A stretch of 64,000 nucleotides of DNA, taken from positions 304 to 64,303 of the forward strand of contig CANQZG010000016.1 in the NCBI GenBank assembly GCA_947628305.1. Reading direction: 5' to 3'. A program made the position numbers and the translations under genes. Below are positions 52,350 through 59,700 of this stretch, in pieces; positions within the stretch are counted from its first letter, which is position 1, and each line of letters opens with the position of its first letter. The stretch is from an uncultured Muribaculaceae bacterium. GTDB taxonomy: Bacteria > Bacteroidota > Bacteroidia > Bacteroidales > Muribaculaceae. Under the pieces are notes generated by a model, which was given only the letters and a program-made list of their open reading frames with translations, made no database searches and was not told the origin of the DNA.

Positions 52350-53350
52350 CTCTTGTTCGCTTTTGTTTTACGTGACTTTACAGCGGTGTCCTGGGCACGG
52401 TGAAGCGCATCGCGTCCCCAAGGCAAACCTATGAACTCCGACGGATAGTCGGTCTCGATGATGTCGGGCAGTGACAGCAGGTCGCGATGGTAGGCGACTT
52501 TCCTGTCCACGGGGTTCTTTATCTTGTCGGATGTCGCCGTTATGGAGGTCATCGTCATGACGCCGAGTTGATGCAGACGGTCGTAGACATGCTGCATTTC
52601 AGGGTTGACGGCCGTGCGTATGTACGCCATTATGTAGTTCCACGGGATAGGGGATTTATCGTAGGCCTCGAAATGTTCAGGCTTGCTGATTTCAACACAG
52701 AACATGACGTTCCGCAATCCTTTGTTCCAGTAGAACATCGCTTCGTCGAGCGAGCGCACGCTAAGCATGATATTGTGGTACATCGACCAGTCGCCTCCGG
52801 ATGACAGCTGGCGTGCATAGTATTCAAGCGAGGCGCGTTTGACACTGTCGGGGACATTCTTGGTGTTGATATACTTGTTGTCAAAATTGAAGACGACCTT
52901 GTCCTTTCCCCATTCGAGCATCTGTTTCAACGACGGGATTTTATAGGGCGTCAGGTTGCCGGCGCGGTCAACGAGGTTGAATCCCTGAAGCTGGTCAAAG
53001 GTATAATCGGCTACGCGGCCCTTGCCGTTGGTGGTGCGGTCGATTGTGAGGTCATGCATGAGCACCGGCACGCTGTCGGCGGTGAAACTGAAGTCGATTT
53101 CAAAGAATGTCGGCATCAGCGAGAGGGTCTTTTCACATGATTCGATACAGTTTTCAGGATAGCCGGGCATCATCCCGCCCCGGTGGCCGCTGACGATGAT
53201 GTCGCGGTCGGGAGAATAACGGAAATAGGCCTGCAGCTCGTCAATCGAGTTGACCTTGACCGTGTGTGCCCCGGGAATCTCTCCCAGGACACACGCGGCT
53301 GTGGCCACATTAATACCTAAAAACAGTGCAATTCTTTTTATTGTAACCAT
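52346..53350 (-). CDS. Glycerophosphodiester phosphodiesterase (GDPD) family, exported
   Basis: From ATG 53350 (MVTIKRIALFLGINVATAACVLG). VSGHRGGMMPGYPENCIESCEKT and FEIDFSFTADSVPVLMHDLTIDRTTNGKG. Overlaps the MFS start by 4 nt. Confidence 0.8.
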   Translation of the reverse strand: MVTIKRIALFLGINVATAACVLGEIPGAHTVKVNSIDELQAYFRYSPDRDIIVSGHRGGMMPGYPENCIESCEKTLSLMPTFFEIDFSFTADSVPVLMHDLTIDRTTNGKGRVADYTFDQLQGFNLVDRAGNLTPYKIPSLKQMLEWGKDKVVFNFDNKYINTKNVPDSVKRASLEYYARQLSSGGDWSMYHNIMLSVRSLDEAMFYWNKGLRNVMFCVEISKPEHFEAYDKSPIPWNYIMAYIRTAVNPEMQHVYDRLHQLGVMTMTSITATSDKIKNPVDRKVAYHRDLLSLPDIIETDYPSEFIGLPWGRDALHRAQDTAVKSRKTKANKR

Positions 53351-53355
53351 GGAAA

Positions 53356-54420
53356 TCAGTCGTTGAATGGAAGTAGGTGCTCGTAGGTGAACGCCTCCCA
53401 CGGCATGTCGGCCTCAGCCTTGCCTCTGTCAAGAATCTCGACGATGTGCATCAGCAAGGGGAACTCCTTGAGGTCTACAAGTCCCAGTTCGGCCTTACGG
53501 CGGATTGCGTTGCCCATTATGCGGGTGATGACAAGGCTCTCGAGAGTGATGCCGGCCAATGCCTCTGTCACCTGGTCATAATCGAGCCCTTGGCCCATCA
53601 GCACGCCACAACGGCGTGTGCGACCGCTGAATATTGTCACATACAGGTCGCCGAGGCCGATGCATTCGCTCTCGAATGTGCCACCCTGCAATTGCATGAG
53701 TGCATGGGTCTCGCGCACGGCTTGCGTGAACGTGCCCGCCTGAGAGTTGTAATGTTGGGGCTCCTGCTCGCCATGCCACCGCGTGTTGAGTCCGACGGCG
53801 AGTGTGACGGCCATCGCGTAGGCGTTTTTCAGTGCGACCGCGCTCTCGAGACCGATGACATCGTTGGTGAGGGATATGTGATAGTAGGGCCGTTGCATCG
53901 CCTCTTTCATCATGCGCAATGCCTTGTTGTCCTTTCCGCAGAACCCAACCTCGGTCGGGTCCATGAACACGAGTTCGTAGGATGTGCAAGGGCCTCCGAT
54001 TGCACAGATGTCACGTGTGATGCCTCGTTTCTCTAATTCGCTAATCCAGTATCCGGGGTAGGACAGGAGGGAGCCGTCCTCGGTTGCGTGCAGACCTTTG
54101 GTGACTGACAGCACCGGCATCGACGGGTCGAGTTGTGTCAGGATTTCGTCAAGGAACCACTCGACGCCGAACGATGATACGCCCCCGATGACGAATGCCG
54201 AGCCTTTGACCACCTCTTTCCATTCCTTGAAATAGTGAAAATGTACGTTGGCGGGAAATGCACGGCAGAATTTCTCGTGTTTCCCGGTCTTGATATATCC
54301 GTCTATGATTTCATCGTCAAGACAAGTGCCGACAATGTGTACTTCGTTACCGTTTTCCGCTGCCGGGAATGCGAGGGCCGACCCCATCATTCCCGCTCCG
54401 ATAATTGTTATTTTTTTCAT
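53356..54420 (-). CDS. NAD(P)H-dependent glycerol-3-phosphate dehydrogenase-like protein (divergent GpsA family)
   Basis: 354 aa. Rossmann motif MKKITIIGAGMMGSALAF, then IGGPCTSYELV and AVALKNAYAMAV, which parallel GpsA motifs. Confidence 0.6.
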   Translation of the reverse strand: MKKITIIGAGMMGSALAFPAAENGNEVHIVGTCLDDEIIDGYIKTGKHEKFCRAFPANVHFHYFKEWKEVVKGSAFVIGGVSSFGVEWFLDEILTQLDPSMPVLSVTKGLHATEDGSLLSYPGYWISELEKRGITRDICAIGGPCTSYELVFMDPTEVGFCGKDNKALRMMKEAMQRPYYHISLTNDVIGLESAVALKNAYAMAVTLAVGLNTRWHGEQEPQHYNSQAGTFTQAVRETHALMQLQGGTFESECIGLGDLYVTIFSGRTRRCGVLMGQGLDYDQVTEALAGITLESLVITRIMGNAIRRKAELGLVDLKEFPLLMHIVEILDRGKAEADMPWEAFTYEHLLPFND

Positions 54421-54475
54421 GTTTTATGTAGGTTAAAGATTCTTCTTGGTTGCGTGCACGTGCACATTGACGATG

Positions 54476-54483
54476 CAAATATA
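54476..54483 (-). promoter_or_regulatory. Candidate -7 box (TATATTTG) for the gpsA-like/GDPD/MFS/SusCD operon
   Basis: CAAATATA on the + strand, 56 nt upstream of the ATG at 54420. The 12-bp palindrome GTGCACGTGCAC (54454-54465) lies between the box and the start. Confidence 0.4.
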
Positions 54484-54574
54484 TGCCTCATTTTTTAATT
54501 TTCCAAATTTTTCACTAAAATTATTTATTAAAGGATTTCCAGGAAATATTTTAGAGTATGTTTTAAAGAGAAAA

Positions 54575-54609
54575 GTCGTCTGTGAGTTATGGAATAACTC
54601 ACAGACGAC
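54575..54609 (-). terminator. Terminator after the DUF2442-HTH gene
   Basis: GTCGTCTGTGAGTTA-tggaa-TAACTCACAGACGAC (15-bp perfect stem), followed on the - strand by TTTTCTCTTT. Confidence 0.8.
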
Positions 54610-54632
54610 TGATGTTTTAAATGCCTCTTTAA

Positions 54633-55061
54633 TCAAAGAGTTGTCATTGCCTGTCCCATTTGGCGGAGGGTGTCTTTTATTTGCATCACCTTCTCCGCGC
54701 TTGGTTTCTTAATCCCATAGATATAGCGGGTCAACAGACTCCTGTTTATTCCCATGACACGGGCGACCTCCGAAATATTTATCCAAGGAAACCTGGCGAA
54801 TATATCTGATACTTCATTGTCTGTTTCTGTCCCTTTGGCCTCAAGAAAACTTGAGATATGTATATCCTCGTCAATCGATGGCCAACGCAATGCTTCGCCC
54901 CCAAGTTCGATGGTGTATTCCTGACGCTGTGCATTCGAAGCCTCTTTAAGTAACGGGAACATCCCTAACGGGCATCCATAAATATTGTCCTCGTCAGTAC
55001 GTATATAAATTCGGTCGGATGTAAACCACACGTTAACAATTTTTTCCATAATACTATCCAC
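54633..55061 (-). CDS. DUF2442-like domain with a C-terminal HTH (second copy)
   Basis: 142 aa. VWFTSDRIYIRTDEDNIY..ALRWPSIDEDI, then INISEVARVMGINRSLLTRYIYGIKKPS. Same architecture as 126-539 with low sequence identity. Confidence 0.6.
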   Translation of the reverse strand: MDSIMEKIVNVWFTSDRIYIRTDEDNIYGCPLGMFPLLKEASNAQRQEYTIELGGEALRWPSIDEDIHISSFLEAKGTETDNEVSDIFARFPWINISEVARVMGINRSLLTRYIYGIKKPSAEKVMQIKDTLRQMGQAMTTL

Positions 55062-55287
55062 AATATTCGTTCCACAAATCCATTATCTCATCATGGAACT
55101 TGGTGACCAGTTCCATGGCGATTGAAAGTTCTTTAGGCTTCAAACCATTGTTTGACATCACCTTTATTTCGGGTGAGACTTGAATCTTTGCCGATGCATT
55201 ACCCTTGACGACATGGAGATGAACCGGGAGATGGTCTCCTGAAAAGAAATATCCTCTTAACCCTAATATATCAAAAACGGTAGGCAT
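55054..55287 (-). CDS. DUF4160-like small protein (second copy)
   Basis: 77 aa. LRGYFFSGDHLPVHLHVVKGNASAKIQV is typical of DUF4160. Overlaps the DUF2442 gene by 8 nt. Confidence 0.65.
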   Translation of the reverse strand: MPTVFDILGLRGYFFSGDHLPVHLHVVKGNASAKIQVSPEIKVMSNNGLKPKELSIAMELVTKFHDEIMDLWNEYCG

Positions 55288-55304
55288 GGTTTTGTTATTA
55301 AGAC

Positions 55305-55335
55305 GAAGTCAAAAATAAGCATAATTTTTGACTTC
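55305..55335. promoter_or_regulatory. Palindrome GAAGTCAAAAAT-N7-ATTTTTGACTTC in the divergent promoter region
   Basis: 12-bp perfect arms between the DUF4160 start (55287) and the LacI gene. The outer 7 nt match the GAAGTCA/TGACTTC motif family. Confidence 0.5.
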
Positions 55336-55402
55336 CTGTTGCGATTTTGATGTCTCATTTGTTAAATTTGATATTTTTTACGAAATTTGCATTGGTTATA
55401 TG

Positions 55403-55419
55403 GAAGTCAATATGACTTC
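55403..55419. promoter_or_regulatory. Palindrome GAAGTCA-ATA-TGACTTC, 15 nt upstream of the LacI-family gene
   Basis: Perfect 7+7 arms. It contains an ATG that opens a 5-codon ORF (MTSGS*). Confidence 0.5.
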
Positions 55420-55433
55420 GGGCTCTTAAATCT

Positions 55434-56507
55434 ATGACTCAGGAAATAATCGAGGATGTTCAGAGAGGGCAGGCCACGATTTTTGACGTGGCGAAGTTGT
55501 GTGGTGTGTCAAGGGGTACTGTTGACCGTGTGATACATCGTCGTGGACGTGTGTCGCAGGACACCGTTGACAAGGTCAAACGTGCTATCGACATGCTCGG
55601 TTACAGGCCCAATCCCAATGCGTCAATCCTCGCCTCGAGAAAGACATTCAGGTTTGCGTGTCTGATTCCGCGATTTGTCCCCGGGGAATACTGGGAAAAG
55701 ATACATGAAGGATTTATCACGGGGGCGCAACTGATGTTCAATTATAATATCGAGGTTGAGTTCCATCTTTATGACCAGACCAGTCCCGCCTCCTACCTGA
55801 AGTGTTGTGACGATATTCTTGAATCAATTCCGGCGGGTGTCATAATGAACGCCGTGTTCAAGGCCGAGACAAAGGATTTTGCGGGAAGACTGGAGGCGGC
55901 CGGGATTCCATACGCGTTCGTTGACAATAAGTTCGACGACCTCAATTATACACTGTATTACGGCGTGGACCCATACAAGAGCGGGACACTGGGGGCGTTT
56001 CTACTGACCAATCATTGCAACCCTAAGGAAATCGCATTGGTACGTCTGATTCGAGACAGCGGTCACAAGGCCGACCCTAACGCCCCGCGCCGTAAAGGAT
56101 TCCTTGACTACATAGAGAAAAAGCATCCCGGTTGCACGGTGCACACACTTTTCATCGACCCGGCCGATTCACATCAGGTCTACATGACGATGAAAGATTT
56201 TTTCACGAAGCATCCCGATGTGAAACATGTCGCAATGACCAATTCCCGCATATATCTTATCGATGAATATTTGCGTGCCAATCCCGATTGTGACAGGGTG
56301 GTCGTGGGGTTCGATGACCTTGAGGCCAATCTCGCCAGCCTACGTTCGGGACAGGTGGAGTATCTCGTGACACGTCATATCCCTATGCAGGCACAACATG
56401 CACTGCATGCACTGGCCGAGAGTGTCATTCGTGGTGTCAAACCGTCAAAACGCAACAACTACCTTCACATGGATATTCTCCATCATCTCAATCTCGACGA
56501 CTATTGA
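55434..56507 (+). CDS. LacI-family transcriptional regulator
   Basis: 357 aa. N-terminal HTH (ATIFDVAKLCGVSRGTVDRVIHRRGRVSQDTVDKVKRAIDMLGYRPN) and a periplasmic-binding-protein-like C-terminus. Confidence 0.85.
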   Translation: MTQEIIEDVQRGQATIFDVAKLCGVSRGTVDRVIHRRGRVSQDTVDKVKRAIDMLGYRPNPNASILASRKTFRFACLIPRFVPGEYWEKIHEGFITGAQLMFNYNIEVEFHLYDQTSPASYLKCCDDILESIPAGVIMNAVFKAETKDFAGRLEAAGIPYAFVDNKFDDLNYTLYYGVDPYKSGTLGAFLLTNHCNPKEIALVRLIRDSGHKADPNAPRRKGFLDYIEKKHPGCTVHTLFIDPADSHQVYMTMKDFFTKHPDVKHVAMTNSRIYLIDEYLRANPDCDRVVVGFDDLEANLASLRSGQVEYLVTRHIPMQAQHALHALAESVIRGVKPSKRNNYLHMDILHHLNLDDY

Positions 56508-56525
56508 TTGAAATCTCTAAGGTAG

Positions 56526-56545
56526 GGTTCTGCCATGGCAGAACC
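56526..56545. terminator. Hairpin after the LacI gene
   Basis: GGTTCTGCCATGGCAGAACC, a perfect 20-nt palindrome. Confidence 0.5.
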
Positions 56546-56641
56546 GAAACACATTGAAAATCAGTAATGACACAATCGGCGGTACGGCCATGGCCGCACC
56601 CTGCCGATGTCATGCAATTCATCAAACGTCCTCTAAATATG

Positions 56642-56677
56642 GAACGACCCGCGCCAATCAATTGGCGCGGGTCGTTC
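56642..56677. terminator. Bidirectional terminator between the LacI and GLUG genes
   Basis: GAACGACCCGCGCCAAT-ca-ATTGGCGCGGGTCGTTC (17-bp perfect stem). Confidence 0.75.
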
Positions 56678-56700
56678 TTATTGGAATGTCAGGCTGTCTT

Positions 56701-59700
56701 TCAGAATGCCAGTTTCTTGACCGTGACGGTGCCGTCATTCAATATCGTGCGTTCAATCACAATTCCCGTCCCTGTTGAAGGCATGGCAATCTCAATGCCG
56801 TCGGTCGTGTAATAAGTGCGTGACTTGACAGTCTGTTCGCTGTCTATGCCAACGATTGACGATGCCCCTGTCTCAACGTGGAGTTTTATCGTGCGTGATA
56901 GTTCGCCGAGTTTTGCAGTCAGAGCGAAATCTCCGGTCGTGTTCGGTTTTACGCTGACCTGATTGCCCGATACAGTGAAAACGTCATCTCCTGAAAGGGA
57001 TACTTCGGGGTCGGTTAAGATTGAGAAACCGTTCTTTACCATACCGAAATGCTCACCTTCGCCAAGCGATACAGCCGTCCTGTGCAGACGTGCGACAGGG
57101 ATTTCTGCGAGGCAGTTCAGGATGGGATATCCGTTGGTACCGTCAGAGAAATTTTCGCCGAAGGAAGTGGCAAGCAATGCAGAGGTCGAGAGACCGCCGT
57201 CATCGGTGGCGTCATGCAGTACCTGTTTGTCATAGACACAGTTGGTGAGTATGGGTTTCTTTGATGTGCTGCCTTTGCCGATAAATATTGCAGCCCCCGC
57301 GGGAGTAGTGCCTGTTGCAGTGACATTGCCCGCATTGTAGAAATTCTTGACGCTGGTCTGTGCAGTCGTGCTATTATATATTCCCAGTGCGCTGCCCACA
57401 TTATCCCATGCCGAGATTGTCCCGAAGTTGTAACAGTCCTCTATGGTCGGGTCAGCCTTGGCGACAATGGCCGCCGCTCCCGCGTTGCTTGTCGAGAGGC
57501 TGGTCTTGGTATTGGTGATGTCACCGAAATTGGCGCATTGGCTGATGGTGACTGCGACACCCCTTGCAAGTATGCCGGCCGCGGCCTGTGTGTTGGCTTC
57601 TACATTTGCCGCGTTCATGCAACCGATTATTTTTGAACCGGCTTTGGAGGTGTATCCCGCGATACCGCCCACTTCGGTCGCTCCACTTATCTTACCATAG
57701 TTATAACCGTTTTCTATTATAAGGATGTCGGAACTTTGCCCGACAAGTCCGGCGACATCGTTCCTACCTGTGATGACACCGTAATTTTCGGCTCCGTTAA
57801 GCTCGAAGCCTGTTGCGTGGCTGACAATGCCTGCTGCGTTGTTGGCCGTGCTTGTGATGTCGCCCCGGTTAACCAGATTAGACCCTTTCACGCCTAAAGA
57901 TGTGATTGCTCCGACGATACCTGCGGTTTTGGTCTGTGATGAGGTCATTGACGCTTCGTTGACAAGGTCAGAAAGCACGGCTTGTCCTTTGGCTGTCCCT
58001 ACGAGACCTCCCGCGATTGTCGCTGTCGTTGATACGGTGGCCTTGTTTGTGCAGTTGTGCAGGGTGCCTTCAAGATTGCTTGCAAACGCCCCGGTCGAGC
58101 CTTTGCCCGTGATTTTGGATTTTGCACCGATGGTGAGGTTGCAAATCTTGGCAGTCGCTCCTACATTATAGAAAAGACCGGCCGGTGTTGTCGTGCTCGA
58201 GATTGTCAGGTTGTCGATTGTGTGGCCGTCTCCATCAAACGTCGCGCCAAATTTCGCATTCTGTGCGATGGGCGTGAAGTTGGCGACCGAACTCATGTCT
58301 ATGTCTTTGGACACGCGGAAGAACTTGCCGGCATATCCTACTCCCGAGGCGGCGATGTCATCGCTCAGTTTAACAAGGTCATCGGCTGTAGAGATAATGT
58401 AAGGGTCATCCTCGCTTCCTTTACCGGAGAAAAGGACTGCCATCGCACCGAGGGGAATCTCTTTGGTGCGTCCGTTGAATGTTGCGGTGAGCACGTCTTT
58501 TGTGTATGCCTGCGGTGCTGAATAGACAAGTTTGTTGCCGTTGATGCTTAGGGCACCCCCTTCTTTGAGCGACCATGTCAGGCCATTGGCTTGGTATAGG
58601 ATGCCGTCACCCGAAATCTGGTTGCGTGACATTCCGTCGCCAAGGATTACAGGCATGGAACCTAACTGAGCATTGGGCTCATCGGCCATGTATGCTAACA
58701 CAGGGTATCTCCCGGGGGTGTAACTCCATGCTTCAGTGCCGAGCCCTTTCCAGTCGTATGCAGTGAGGACGTTGGTGTTGACAAGCGAGACACCGTCGAG
58801 ACCGTCGGCGTGAAGTGTAATTTGGATGTCGGCGTATGAGTTCTTGTATGTTCCTTTCGGTGAGCCTACGATGCTGCCTACATTGTCGATTCCACCAGCG
58901 ATTACCGGCGCAACCGAGAGGGCGTTCTCGATTAATGACTGGGCATTGTCGGTCGCTACGATTCCGCCAATGATAGAACTGTTGGCACCGCCCTTTACAA
59001 GGCCGGTGTTCATGACATTACGTAATGTCCCGTGATTGCTGTAGCCTATACCACCGAGGTTTTGCGCCTTGTCGAAGCTGTCGGCCGTGATAGTGCCGGT
59101 GTTAAGGCAGTTCTCCACGAGACCACCGTTGTTGGATATAAATATACCGCCTAATGCGCCATTGCGTGTTGTGGCCGATATAGAGCCTGCATTGAAACAA
59201 CCTTTAACCTTGCCTGATTCATATATGAACCCGGCGCATCCGGCAGAATAACCTTCGGTGGTTGGCACGTCGGCATAATTGCGACAGTTTTCAAGTGTAC
59301 CGTACAGATTGGCGGTAAACGGGGCGAAATTTCGGAATACAAGGAATTGGCAACTGTTGTCGAGAGTCAGGTTCTTGACAATGCCGAGTGCGCCGATGGT
59401 GGGGAACAGGCCGACATTCATTACCTTGTTGGTGCGTGAGTCAATCGAGATGTTCTTGAGCGAATGTCCGTTGCCGTCGAATGTCCCGTTGAACGCCAAC
59501 AGGGCGGTCGTGCTGAACCCGAAAGGAAGGAAACTGCCGTCATGCTCGATATCGATATCGGATGTCATGCGCAGGTATTCTCCAGTGAAGTCCATCTGCT
59601 GGTTGTTCATGGCATCGCAGAATTTGAGGATGTCTTCCTTTGTCGCCAGTATATAGGGGTCGGACTCGGTGCCTGCACCGGTGAATATCTGCGGGTATAC

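Noticed and set aside
1-55287. The two DUF4160/DUF2442 pairs as inverted ends of a 55-kb composite transposon
   Set aside because: The similarity is only distant at the protein level, there is no nucleotide-level repeat, and the interval contains core genes (topA, metK, tmRNA).
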